From NCBI RefSeq assembly GCF_009914755.1, contig NC_060943.1: a stretch of 64,000 bases of DNA. One strand, given 5' to 3'. This document shows positions 32,380-46,780 of the stretch, one piece after another. Every line of letters starts with the position of its first letter. Position 1 is the first letter of the stretch. This DNA is from the human T2T-CHM13v2.0 reference genome, Homo sapiens. The notes below the pieces were generated by a model, which saw only the letters and a program-made list of their open reading frames with translations, made no database searches and was not told the DNA's origin. Both the position numbers and the translations under genes were made by a program.

Positions 32380-34190
32380 GGCGTCTTCCTGTTGATTTTC
32401 GCGAGGCTGCTGACCTTCGCGGCGCCCCGACTGGGCCCACCCCGCGGAGCTGTCGGGGCAGCAGGCGCCCAGGACTTCCTGAATCCCCGGCCCCTCTGGC
32501 CTAACCTAGATCTCCCAGGACTCAGGCCTGGGAAAATCACGGCGTCTGCCAGGCCCTCCTCGCAGGCTTTGCAGTTTGCTAACTCGCGGTGCGGCCTTGG
32601 GACAGTGCCTCAGTTTCCCCAAGTGTAGTGAAGTAGGGCTGGACCGTGATTCTCAGAATCACCCAAGAAGCTTTTCCAGCATCGCCTGCCAGGGTGTCCC
32701 TGGGGACCCACCGGATCGGAGAGGGGGTCGGGGGCGAAAAGCGCCAGGAGGCTGGCAGCCCGGGCTGGAACCCGGGACTCGGGCTCGCCCGCCTCGGCAG
32801 CTACTCCACGGTCTGCCTGGCCCCGGAGCTCGCCTTCGGCCTGGGCGGGGTCTTGCGCGTCTCCGGGCCGGTTCCGGGAGGCCGGGCGGGGCGGGGCGGG
32901 CCGGGCTGGGTTGTCCCACCGGAAAGACTCGTTTCAGCTGGAGCAGGCGGCGGCCGGGCGGAAACAGACTTGTCGCCCCCGCCTCGGGCACTCCCCGCTC
33001 CCCCACCCCACCACCCTCCCCCCCCGCCCTGCGCGGCCCGCCAGGGTCCGGGAATCGCTGGCCTGCAGCTGGGGCAGCCCCGGGTCACCCCCGCCCACGC
33101 CTTCCCCGCCCACAGGACGCGCCCCCTAGGCCACACCTGAGCTCGCCCTGCGGTCCCGGGCAGTGACTCCGCCGAGCCTCGGTGGGGGAGGGGACAGGGG
33201 AGAGAATAGGGAAGAGGGGCGCGATCTGTGTCTGGGACCCGTTGCCAAGAAACCCGACCCTCGGGCTCTGGCCATCAGCAGCCGCGGTGCAGCTGCCTCC
33301 CCCTGCCTCCAGGTCGCCCAGCAGAGCTTTCTAGAGCTGGGTGCTCAGAAGACCCCAGGCGGAGGCAAGAACCTTGGGCCGCGGCTCTGTGGGAAAAGCC
33401 CTCGGGGAAGCCAGACGGCGCGCTCCAGCTCCCCATCGCGGGCGTGGGCCCCGGGGTGGAGGCAGTTGGGTCGCGGCCCTGCCACCCCCATGCTGCACGG
33501 CCTCGGCCCAGTGCCACCACCTCTGTGGGCCGCCGTTTCAGCCTCCAGATGGGGTGGCGGCGGGCCCCAGCCCTTGCCCCAAGTCTCTAAGGAAGGGTCT
33601 GGCCTGGCCCGCCCAGATCCGAGCTGCTGCGTACGCGCGGGGCTGGGAGCTGCAAAAACGCCCGGGGCCCAGGGTGAGCGGCTGGGCCCTCGGGGGACCC
33701 GGCGCGCGCGGGGGCTCCAGCTCCGCCCTGTTGGGGGCCAGAGCAGGAGGGAGGCCGCCCCAGCTTGTTCTGGGCCGCAGCCCTGCCGACCGCACGGGAC
33801 AGGCGCCGCGTCCTCTCTGGGCCTCCAAGACGCAGACTAGAAGCCCATAGCTGCTGGGAAGATGGGCACCCCAGGTCTCCGCGCACGGCCTTCCCAGGGC
33901 CACGGTGAAACATGGATGCGACACTCAGGCACCTTCCCGGCCCCCGGCGAAAACGCAAAGCCTGAGCCCATGATGGGCTCGGAAGCTCTGCGGGATTGAG
34001 TCATCAGAGGAATGCTGATCTAGAAGTACAATGGCTGGAAGACACCCGCAGAAACCGCGGGCACTGGAGAGCAAGTGCAGCTTTAATCTCCAGGCGTGAT
34101 TTAGATGGAAAGCAGCCTGAAGACCAGTTAAGAGAACCGCGAGCAGAGCGCGCTGGACTAGCACCAACAGACGTGAGTTCGAGACCGTCC
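32380..34190. promoter_or_regulatory. CpG island (orphan; promoter- or enhancer-like)
   Basis: Very GC-rich with dense intact CpGs in a CpG-depleted window; tandem GC boxes at 32884-32900, AP-1 TGAGTCA at 33997-34003, C-runs at ~32990-33030; no recognisable CDS. Confidence 0.9.
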
Positions 34191-34524
34191 TGCCCCTTAA
34201 TCCTGTGTGACCTTGGTCCATTTTTTAAGTCTGTGAGCCTCGCAGTGTTCTCATTCCTGAAAAGAGCCTGCCCCATCTCCGGACTGCAGTGAGAACAAAA
34301 GGAGACTATGAACATGACTTTTTGCCACTTTTGAAGCCCCACACTGAGGAAAGATTTTCCTAGCACTTGGGAGATTTTCTTTAGCACCAGCTGCCAAGAA
34401 TGCTGGGAAGGAGACAGCCCCATCCCAGAAGGAAGACACCTTAAATCAGAACTTTATTTTTCCTCCTATGAAAATACAATCTAATACTGGAGAAGTGTAA
34501 AAATTAAGGAGTCATTAGAAGCCA

Positions 34525-34847
34525 TTTGTTGTTGTTGTTGTTGTTATTGTTTTGAGACAGGATCTTACTCTGTCACCCAGGCTGGAGTGAGGTGGCACGA
34601 TCATTGCTCACTGTAGCCTCCAACTCCTGGACTCAAACAATCCTCCCTTCTCGGCCTCCCAAGTACCTGGGACGAGAGGTGCACTGGGCGTGGTAGCACA
34701 CATCTGTAGTCCCAGGTACTTTAGAAGCCGAGAAGGGAGGTCTCACTATTTTGCCCAGGCTGGTCTCCAACTCCTGGGATCAAGCCATCCTCTTGCCTCG
34801 GCTTCCCAAAGTGTTGGGATTATAGGTGTGAGCCACCACTCCCAGCC
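34525..34847 (-). mobile_element. Alu (AluJ-like) with internal inverted duplication
   Basis: Right arm, an inverted copy of part of that arm in place of the linker, then the left arm. Confidence 0.92.
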
Positions 34848-34934
34848 TGTTGTTTTAACTTTCTATCAAAGAAATGGATGGAGGGTGGACAGGGATGCTG
34901 GGTGCTTTAGATTAGACTTGAAAGAGTTAACAGC

Positions 34935-35160
34935 ATAGGTTACAGAATCACACATACCCGAATTGGAATCTCATCTTGACCCTTTACTACCACTGTTTCG
35001 TTATGTTAGTGACTTAACCTCTCTGTGCTTCAGTTTCTTCATCTGTAAAATGAAGAAAATGGCACCAACCTGTGGGGTTGTTGAGAAGATGAAATGCAAT
35101 AGTGAATGTAAAAGTGCCTGACAGGACCCAGCACGTGGTAATACATAATAAATGCTAGCT
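34935..35160 (+). mobile_element. MIR
   Basis: gtgacttaacctctctgtgcttcagtttcttcatctgtaaaatg core. Confidence 0.88.
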
Positions 35161-35357
35161 AGTTTTGGTTTCCATCCTTCCTTCCTACCAATTTTTATTG
35201 TAAAATATTTTTAAACATGCGGAAGAGTTGAAAGAATCATACAGTGAACACCCACGCATGTTCCACCTAGCTTCTGCATTAACATTTTTACTCTATTTGC
35301 TCTATCACATATCTGTCCATCTAGCTTTCTTTCCCTCTATCCATATATCAATCCATC

Positions 35358-35880
35358 TGTTCTGGTTACTACTGTTATGTAACAAATTCCTCAAAACTTC
35401 GTGACTTGAAAAAAACAGCCATTTTTGTCATGCTCATGGATTTCATGAGTTAGAAATTCAGACAGATTGGCTTGTTGCTGCTCTAGGACGTCTGGGGTCT
35501 CAGCTCGGAGGACTTGATGCCTGCAGGCTGGAATCGTCCTGAGGCATCTTCACGCACATGTCTGGGGGTTGCCAGCATCGTGCCTGCGTGTGATCTCATC
35601 ATGAAGCTCAGACTTCCTCCCAGCATGGTAGCCTCAAGGTAGCTGAACTTCTCCCAGGGCGGCTCAGAGCTCCGAGAGTGTGTTCTGGCAAACAAGGCAG
35701 AAGTTGCAGTGCCTTTATAACCCAGCCTTGCAAGTTACATAGCATTGCTTCCTGTTGGTCAAAGCAGCCATAGATTCAAATAGGGGAGAATTAGGTTCCA
35801 CCTCTTGCTGGTGATGTGGGAGGCTCATTTTGTAGATCTGTGGCACAGGAACTGTTGTGGCCATCTTTGGAGATGCCACA
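35358..35880 (-). mobile_element. MaLR LTR (older MLT1F/G/H-like)
   Basis: tgttctggttactactgttatgtaacaaa…ggccatctttggagatgccaca. Confidence 0.75.
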
Positions 35881-35964
35881 TTTACCCCTTTGGTCACAAT
35901 AATGCTTGTGCAATATGCACAAATTCTCATTCCATGAAATCATCAGGCTCAGAGTCCAAGATTC

Positions 35965-36266
35965 CTTTTTATTGTTGTTGTTGGCTTTTGTTTTTTAGAG
36001 ATAGGGTCTTGCTCTGTTGTCCAGATTGGAGTGCAGTGGTGCCATCATAGCTCATTTGAGCCTGCAACTTCTGCTCCAGTGATCCTCCCACCTCAGCCTC
36101 CTGAATAGCTGGGACTGCACACATGCACCACCACACCCATCTAATTTGGTTTTTATTTTGCAGAGACAGGGGTCTCGCTATGTTGCCCGGGCTGGTTTTG
36201 AACATCTGGCCTCAAGCAACCTTCCCACCTTGACCTCCCAAAGTGCTGGGACTACAGATGTGAGCC
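35965..36266 (-). mobile_element. Alu (AluJ-like)
   Basis: Diverged dimer. Confidence 0.93.
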
Positions 36267-36296
36267 AATAAACCACTTCAAAATAAACCTTTCTTG

Positions 36297-36955
<659 letters not shown>

Positions 36956-37154
36956 GATTCTTAGAAGTCCTATTGTTTAACACAGAGGATCTACAAAGTA
37001 TGCTGTTAGTTTCCTTAAGAGGCTTTTTGTCTGGTTGAAAGGGTCTACAAGGCACCACCATAAAATTTTCTCATATCTTAAAGAAGAACTTTACAGTGGG
37101 GCACTTGGTTCACCCTTACCCTGAGCTGCTTTCCTAACAGTGCCCTGGGTCTGA

Positions 37155-37541
<387 letters not shown>

Positions 37542-37619
37542 GAGAAATAGTTTTTGAATCCACCTGGTCCCGACTTCTAAATTCTGCCTGAAGCTGAATA
37601 TTTCTTTCTCTTCCTCTAC

Positions 37620-38089
37620 GATACAGAGCTAAGAGAAAACAAATGGTAGCTCAGGACTCTGCTTGGAAATCTAGAAATAGCTGGAGGCTGGGCTAGGACA
37701 ACTTGAAAATTAAGACAAGCAAATGGAGGAATTTCATGTGGCTTATCAATGAAGTTGGCATCATGACTTCATGGTGCCTCAAGATAGTCAGACTTCTTAC
37801 CGGATGGTTCAGGGCTCCAATCACAAGTGTTCCAGTGAGTAAAACGGAAGTGTCAGGAACTTTTCTGGCGCATGCTTATAAGGTACACAGTATCACTTCC
37901 ATGTAACTCTGCTGGCAGTTGAGTGACTGTTCCACTCAACACTGATGGCAGTCACACGCCCATCTAGATTCAAGGAGAGGGGAATTAGACTCTATGTCTA
38001 GAAAGGGGAGTGTCACGATTACATTTAGCAGAACACGTGGGAACGGAGATGTTGTTGTAGTCATTTTTGGAAAATACAATCTGCCCCAC
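37620..38089 (-). mobile_element. MaLR LTR (older MLT1H/J-like)
   Basis: ggagaggggaattagactc…ttttggaaaatacaatctgccccac terminus. Confidence 0.65.
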
Positions 38090-38378
38090 TGTCCATGTTT
38101 TGATGCATTTCAGAGTACTTTATAGACATCATTACACTTCCCCAAAATTCACCAAAAATGTGTGAGAGTTTCGACTGCCCTCGTTCTCACCCGCAAATGG
38201 AGCTGAGGGCCATTTACATTTTAATCATTCTGGTTGGTGGGTAGCAGTATCTCATTGTGGTTTTAATTTGCATTTCCCAGATAACTAAAGATATTGAATA
38301 GTTTTTCATGTTCTTATACACCACTCATATCTTCCTTGGTGAAGTATCTTTTCAAATCTTTGGCCCATTTTTTGGACT

Positions 38379-38627
38379 TTATTTATTGATCTTTTTTTTT
38401 TTTTAGAGAGACACTCTTTGGCTCAAGTGATCCTCCCACCTCAGCCTCCTGAGTAGGTGGGACCACGGGCACATGCCACCATGCCCAGCTAAATTTTTTT
38501 TTATCTTTTGTAGAGATAGGGGCATCTGTATGTTGCCTAGGCTGGTCTTGAACTCCTGGTCTCAAGCGATCCTTCCACTCGGCCTCCCAAAGTGCTGGGA
38601 TTACAAATGTAAGCCAAAATGCCCAGC
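38379..38627 (-). mobile_element. Alu (AluJ-like, partial) within old L1
   Basis: Partial right arm plus left arm; L1-like flanks across 38150-39000. Confidence 0.9.
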
Positions 38628-38740
38628 TTGAGATTTTTTTTTTTTTTTTCCAAATGGAAATCCAGTTGGTCCAGTACAATTTGTTCATGAGTTTCCTTTC
38701 CCTGTTGGATTGCATTATGTTTGTCAAAAATCAGATGGCT

Positions 38741-38878
38741 GGCCAGGCGCAGTGGCTCATGCCTGTAAATCCCAGTACTTTGAGAGGCCGAGGTGGGAGG
38801 ATCCCTTGAGCCCAGGAGTTCAAGACCAGCGTGGGCAACATAGTAAGACCCCATCTTTTTTTTTTTAATAAAAAAAAT
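38741..38878 (+). mobile_element. Alu left monomer (FLAM-like)
   Basis: Single left arm. Confidence 0.88.
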
Positions 38879-39568
38879 CAAATGGCTGTATTCATAAATA
38901 TGTGTTTCTGGGTTCTCTATGCTGTTCGTTGATCTATTTATTCCTCCTATTGCTGGTCCCACACTGTCTTGATTACTGTAATCTTACAGTAAATCTTGAA
39001 GTTCTCGTTCCTTTTTGAGTAAGATGATTCCTTTTTAATGGACAAAATATTGCTGACTTCTACATAGCTGTTGCATTTCTAGCATGTTGATTTAGCAAAT
39101 AAAAGTAGTAAAAAGAACTTGTGAACACCTGAAAATGACCTTGGATCTTAGTGATCACAATGACAACTACAGATATCTAGAAATCTGTCACCTATGCACA
39201 GGTGGACATCACATGGGGATGTGTGATGGCCCTGAGGTGACCACGTATTCCTCAGCAGGAAAACGGGGTGTTTTTCTGCTGCTGGAATCACTGATAGCCA
39301 TCAATTTAGGTGAGATTCCCAAAGCAGTGGATTTCTTTTCAACAGGAAGATAATCAGTTGAGTTTTCCAATTTGTCCATGTGAGGTTTCTTCCAGACTGA
39401 GCAAGATACACAGGGATGAGAGAAGGTACTCTATGGGATTTAGTCTTTCCCAGGAGACACTGGATTGGATGTCCCAAGAGGACCGTTATGAGTTGTGTGT
39501 CCCGCAAATTCATGTTTTAGTCCTCACCCCTACTGTCTCAGAATATAACCTCATTTGGAAATAAGGTG

Positions 39569-39966
39569 TGTCTGAGTCTGTTCTTGCACTGCTATAAAGA
39601 AATACCCGAGACTAGGTAATTTATAAAGAAAAGAGGTTTAATTGGCTCACAGTTCTGAAGGCTGAACAGGAAGCATGGCTGGGAAGGCCTTGGGAAACTT
39701 ACAATCATGGCAGAAGGCAAAGGAGAAGCAGGCACATCTTCCACGGCAGGAGCAGGAGGAAGAGAGAATGAGGCGGGAGGTGCTACGCACTTTTACATAA
39801 ACAGATGTCTTGAGAACTCACTGTACAGTACCAAGGGGGAGGGTGCTAAACTATTGGTGAGAACTCCACGCCCATGATCCAATCACTTCCCACCTGGCCC
39901 CACCTCCAACACTGGGGACTACAATTTAACGTGAGATTTGGAGGGAAACAGATCCAAACCATATCA
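39569..39966 (-). mobile_element. MaLR solo LTR (MSTA/B-like)
   Basis: …cactgctataaagaaatacc…cagatccaaaccatatca; 5-bp TSD aggtg on both sides. Confidence 0.9.
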
Positions 39967-40224
39967 AGGTGGTTGCAGATGTAAAATGAGGTCATGTGCA
40001 CTGTGACCTTATGAAAAGAGGACACAGAGACAGACATGCATAGAGGGAAGATTCTATGAAGATATTTGGAGAACACCCTCTTCAAGCCAAGGAGGGCCTC
40101 AGACTGCAAGAAACAGGACAGAGGCATAGAAAAGAACTTTCCTCAGCCCTCAGAAGGAACCGCCTATTGTGCTGACACCTTGACTTCTGATTTCTGGTCT
40201 CCAGAATGGAAACAATACATTTCT

Positions 40225-40521
40225 GTTTTTTGTTTTGAAACAGGGTTTTGCTCTGTCGCCCAGGCTGGGGTGCAGTGGCATGATCTCGGCTCACTGCACC
40301 TCCACCTCCCAGGCTCAAATGATCCTCCCACCTCAGCCTCCCAAGTAGCTGGGACTACAGGCGCAGGCCACCAAGCACGGCTAATTTTTTATTTTTATTT
40401 TTGAAGAGACAGGGTTTCGCCATGTTGCCCAGCCTGGTCTCGAACTCCTGGGTTCAAGCGATCCTCCTGCCTCAGTCTCCCAAAGTGCTGGGGTTACATG
40501 TGTGAGACACCACACGTGGCC
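40225..40521 (-). mobile_element. Alu (AluJ-like)
   Basis: Dimer; TSD acatttctgt. Confidence 0.94.
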
Positions 40522-41852
40522 ACATTTCTGTGTTTTAAGCAACTCATTCTGTGTTATGACAGCCCTCAGAAACAAATACAAGTCCCCAGCCGTCTGCTGT
40601 CCGCCACGCATGCCTGGCCTTCGATGGGCAACGAGGTCCCACTTTTCCCTCTGGGACCCACCTCTTTCCTATTGCATGTGGCTCGTGGGAAGTCAACCCC
40701 AGTGCCCACTGCCTGGCAAAGGGTTCAGCTCAATGCCCAGCTCCTGCTAGGAGTCTCGAGTTTTGAGTGGAGGGACCTGGGGTGTACAATGCTTTGTGCT
40801 GAGCCATTCTAATGGCAGTACCCCCAAATCCTGCTTGCACCCCCACATCCTCAGATCACCTTGGTTCCTAATCTACCCAAGGCTGACTGTCTAGCTTTTG
40901 TGTTGTCCCATGTCCTTTCAATAACAATAATGATTATTCTGATTTGCTAATGTTAGCCAGCGCTGGCTTCTGTTACCTGCAACAAAAATCCCCAGTTGAC
41001 CCCGTCATGCCCTTGGCCTCGGCTCGGTTCTTCTTCTCTCCTGTCTAAAAGCCATTAGGTGGAGCCAAGGAAAACAGGCACTGTTGCAGGGTGGAGGTGG
41101 GCAGTGCCAGTGCCGGCAGCCTGGCACGGAACACCGGAGCCCAGCAGGGTAAAGGAAATTGGTGAAATCTGGTGTGGGATTCTGGAGCCCAGTGAGATGA
41201 GGAGGATGCACTGGGAGGTGGCAGGGGCGGGGCTGGGTAGCTGCCCCAGCCCAGCACAGGGCATTGCAACAAAAGCAGGAAGAGCGGGGAGTCCAGTGTG
41301 AAAAAGTAGTCTCAGTTGGATGAGGCGGTGACTGCACGGAGTGGAGTAGGGGTGGGAGGTGGTGCTGTGCGGGTTGTTTGATCCCAAAGGGGATATGACC
41401 CGAGAGACCAAAGTTGATGCCCCTTTATCAACTAAGACGGACCCTAAGGTTAAGGAAACAAAAGTTACCTATGGGTCGAGGGTTCAGGGCCTGGCTGACA
41501 CGGCAAATTTCTAAATTCCTACCATTACAAGAAAAACCACACTCTTGCTACGCTCCTTAACGATAGGAGCTATCGGGCAAATTATCAGCTGATTTACAGA
41601 TCAGATCACTACAACTCTGATTGGACAGAGGACCAGCCTTACAAACATTCTCTTCTGATAAGCAACTTCACCTTAGGCCAGTCTCAGCAGCTGATAGAGG
41701 CTGTGCACAAACTGTCTCGGCATCTTATAGTTCACTTTTTGATGTAAGGGGCTAAATTCCATCTCGTTTTAATCCTAAAACCCCATTTCAAAGTGAACAT
41801 GGGATATATGTTACATACACATACCACATACTACATCATATACATACATACA

Positions 41853-42248
<396 letters not shown>

Positions 42249-42435
42249 TAGAAACATCCAACAATAAAAGGCAAATTGAATCATGTTTTCTTTCAAATGC
42301 ATCATAAACTATTTTCCTTCAGTGAATGGAAGAGTTTGGCAGAGGAATTTTAAAGAAAACATTGAGAAGAAGTTATTAGAACATGTTTCTTTGTCCAATA
42401 GGTGCTGAAAGGCCCGTAGAGAAATCCACTCATAA

Positions 42436-42726
42436 CCGAGTACAGTGGCTCACACATGTAATCCCAGCACTTTGGGAGGCTGAGGTGGGTGGATTGCTTG
42501 AGCCTAGGAATTCAAGACCAGCCTGGGCAACATAGTAAGATCCTATCTCTACCAAACAAACAAATAAAACAAAGTATTAGCCGGGTGTGGTGGCATGTGC
42601 ATGTAGTCCCAGCTACTCAGGAGGCTGAGGTGGGAGGAACATTTGAGCCCAGGAGGCCGAGGCTCCATGTGAGACATGTTCGTGCCACTGCACTCTAGCC
42701 GGGGTGACAGAGTGAAAAAAAAAAAA
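42436..42726 (+). mobile_element. Alu (AluJ-like)
   Basis: Dimer; TSD agagaaatcca. Confidence 0.93.
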
Positions 42727-42873
42727 TGAGAGAAATCCATCTATTGCACATGAACTCAGCTCCCCTCAGAAATATATATCGTTTTTTCCTCCAGCTTGCT
42801 GAATACATAGGACTCTATTGTGTGATACAGACCCTGTGAGGCATAAAACCCAACCTGCCCCTTCCCTCATTAA

Positions 42874-43262
<389 letters not shown>

Positions 43263-43472
43263 ATCCTTCTTTCTACTCTTTAGCAATCCTGGTGGTCATT
43301 TGGACGACATGGATGAGGAGGGTATCTGTGTGGGAACAGGGGCAGCAATTGGTTGCATACAGAGGACTTCAATCTAATACATAAATATATGGGTGTAATG
43401 AGAGCTGGGTTTCTCACAGTTAAAAAGGGGAGTTTCAAATATAGAAAGGGAGGAAAACCCTAAAATGAAACC

Positions 43473-43878
43473 ATTATGGGCTGAATTCTATCCTCCCAAA
43501 ATTCATGTTGATGTCTTGACCCCAAGTATCTCAGAATGTGAGGGTATTTGGAGATAGAGCATTGAAAGGGGTGATTAGATTGAAATGAAATAATTAGGCA
43601 GGCCTTAATTCAATTTGACTGATATGCTTATAAGAAGAGAAGGTGAGGACAAACAGAGAGACCCCAGAGGCATGCATATACACAGGGACAACCACGTGAA
43701 GAGGTAGCAAGAGAGTGGCCATATGCCAGCCAAGGAGAGAGGCTTCAGGATAAACCAACCCTGCTGGTACCTTGATCTTGGACTTCCAGCCTCTGGAACT
43801 GTGAGAAGAGAAATGTCTGTTGTTTAAGCCATGCAGTCTGTGGCATTTTGTTATGGCAGCCCTAGCAAATTAACACAG
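43473..43878 (+). mobile_element. MaLR solo LTR (MLT1B-like)
   Basis: tatgggctgaatt…ggacttccagcctctggaactgtgaga…gcaaattaacaca. Confidence 0.88.
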
Positions 43879-44147
43879 AATCTTTTAGGATTAGATGAAA
43901 ATTGGAGTTATCAGTGTAGATTCATGGTTTTCAATGTACATATAAATAGATGTAAAAATAAATGTAGATAGAAATGTGAATGTACATATATAAATGTATG
44001 CATTATGCATATTTGCATAAATATTATACACAAACATACACTCATGTATTTCCTACTTCTGTTCACTGAGAGCCCCTGGAAGCAGTGACTCCCCAAAAGC
44101 CATGAGCTCATCTAGTGTCCAAATCTTGTTTTCTTTCATTCTTTCCT

Positions 44148-44670
44148 TTTTTAAGAGACAGAGTCTTCCTTTGTCACCCAGACTGGAGTGTGTTGGCACC
44201 ATCTTAGCTCACTGCAGCCTTGACCTCCAGGGGCTCAAGTGATCCTCCCATCTCAGCCTACCAAAGCACTGGGATGATAGGTGGTATAGTTTGGTTGTGC
44301 CCCCACCCAAATCTCATTTTGAATTTTAGCTCCCATAATCCCCAAGTGTCATGGGAGGGACGAGGCAGAGATAATTGAATCATGGGGGCAGTTTCCCCCA
44401 TCCTGTTTCTGTAATAGTGAATTAGTTCTCACGTGTTCTGATGTTTTTATAAGGGGCTTCCCCCTTGGCTGGGCACTCATTCTGTCTCCTGCCGCCCTGT
44501 AGGGAGGTGCCTTCCGCCATGATTGTAAGTTTCTTGAGGTCTCCCCAGCCATGCAGAACTGTGAGTCAGTTAAACCTCTTTCCTTTATAAATTACCCAGT
44601 CTTGGATATGTCTTTATTAGCAGCATGAGAACGAACTAATACAATAGACATGAGCCACCATACCCAGACC
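44148..44670 (-). mobile_element. Alu monomer (FLAM-like) split by a THE1 LTR
   Basis: Monomer 44148-44281 resumes as catgagccaccatacccag after the LTR. Confidence 0.82.
44282..44643 (+). mobile_element. MaLR solo LTR (THE1-like)
   Basis: tggtatagtttggttgtg…gaactaataca; TSD atagg/ataga. Confidence 0.92.
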
Positions 44671-45645
44671 AGATCTTGTTTTCTAAATATCAGTCTCCAC
44701 TAAAAGAGCCGAGCAGGGATAGTAAAGATGAGCTTTAAACATCTTCTTGTAGAAGATTAAGAAAGTGCTTATAGGATGATGGAGGCATGTCAAAAGGACA
44801 CAGAGCAGCTCCCACTGACCACATCTGGGGCAATTATAAACCACTAAGAAAAATACAAATCCATGAGTCCATACTCCTATAAATAAATAATTGTGGGGAG
44901 AAACAGCAGAATGCTTCCCTGCAGTAGAATGCCAAGTGTATAAGGAATCATGGGGTGAGAAAATCATCATCTCGTTACCTCCACAGCAATAACTAATTAA
45001 TCCAAGAATCATCAATGTAGGCTTAAACTAGTGGGTAGAGGCTTGATGAGGAACAAGATATTTAGTCTCAAAGGCACCTCCTCACAAAATGTTTATTAAT
45101 TACAAAGCTAAAAAGAGTGATTTGGTAGTAAAGAGGCTTGGCAGGTACAGATATGTCTTCATCAAGTTAACATCATCAGTAACAGGAGAAATTGGAAATG
45201 TGTGCCATCTGGTAAGAAGAGCAGAGCCTCACCTCTCGGATATTCCTGCCCAAAATACATAACCTGAATCTAAACACGAGGAGACATCAGTCAAACCAAA
45301 CGAGGGACAAACAAACTGGCCGGTAATCTTCAAAATAACTACAAAATAACTACAAAAACTGGCTGGTAATCTACAAAATAACTGGCTGGTAATCTTCAAA
45401 AGTACCAAGGTCAAGGAGAGACTGAAAACAGTTCAGACTGAAAACTAAGAGATGTGACAATTCAATGCATCACGTTTTCCTAGACTCAATCCTTCTGCTC
45501 TTGAAACAACTAATTACATTGGAATGAGGTCTAAGGAGATGCTAGTTATGTATCAATGTTAATTTTCTAATTTTAGTCACGTATTGTGGTTATTTAGTAT
45601 AATCTCCTTGTTTGTAAGAAATACACATTCAAATATTAGAAAGTG

Positions 45646-45996
<351 letters not shown>

Positions 45997-46362
45997 CTAT
46001 ATGTACTTGCAACTTTTATGTAGGTTTAAAATTATTTAAAAATAAAAATTATCTTTAAAATTATCTAAAAACTATCCTTAGAAGATACACAGATGGCAAA
46101 TAAGCATATGAAAGGATGTTCAATGTCATTTGTCATTAGGGAAATGCAAATCAAAGCAATAATGCGATACTACTGCACACATATTAGAATGGCTAAAATC
46201 CAAAAAACTGACAATACCAATGGCTGGTGAGAGGGTGCAGAGCAATGGGAACTCATACATTGCTGGTGGGATTCCAAAATGATACAGCTATTTTGGAAGA
46301 CAGATTGGCAGTTTCTTACAAAGCTAAGCACAGTTTTACCATATGATCTAGCAATCATGCTC

Positions 46363-46780
46363 TGATATGGCTTGGATGTTTATCCCCTCCAAGTCTCATG
46401 TTCAAATATAATCCTCAATGTTAGAGGTGGGGCCTGATGGGAGGTGTTTGGGTCATGGGGACAGATCCATCATGAATGGCTTGGTGCCATGCTTGCAGTA
46501 ATGAGTGAGTTCTCACTCTGAGTTCATGTGAGATCTGGTTGTTTAAAAGAATGTGGCATCTCCTCCCTCTCTGTCTTGCTACTGCTCTTACCATGTGACA
46601 CACCAGCTCCCCCTTTGCTTCCACCATGATTGTAAGCTTCCCGAGGCCCTCACCAGGAGCAGATACCAGCACCATGCTTCTCCTAGAGCCTGCAGAACCA
46701 CGAGCCAATTAAACCTCTTTCTTTATACATTACCCAGCCTCAGGTATTTCTTTACAGCAACACAAGAATGGACTAACACA
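46363..46780 (+). mobile_element. MaLR solo LTR (MSTB-like)
   Basis: tgatatggcttggatg…ggactaacaca, within L1. Confidence 0.9.

Larger units (their letters stand above)
39485..40580 (+). mobile_element. MaLR LTR (MLT1B/C-like) split by an MST LTR and an Alu
   Basis: MLT1 segments 39485-39568, 39967-40225 and 40522-40580. Confidence 0.8.

Noticed and set aside
32576-33958. Overlapping 110-225 aa ORFs on both strands
   Set aside because: Pro/Gly/Arg/Ala-rich translations typical of stop-poor CpG islands; no recognisable domain and mostly non-ATG starts
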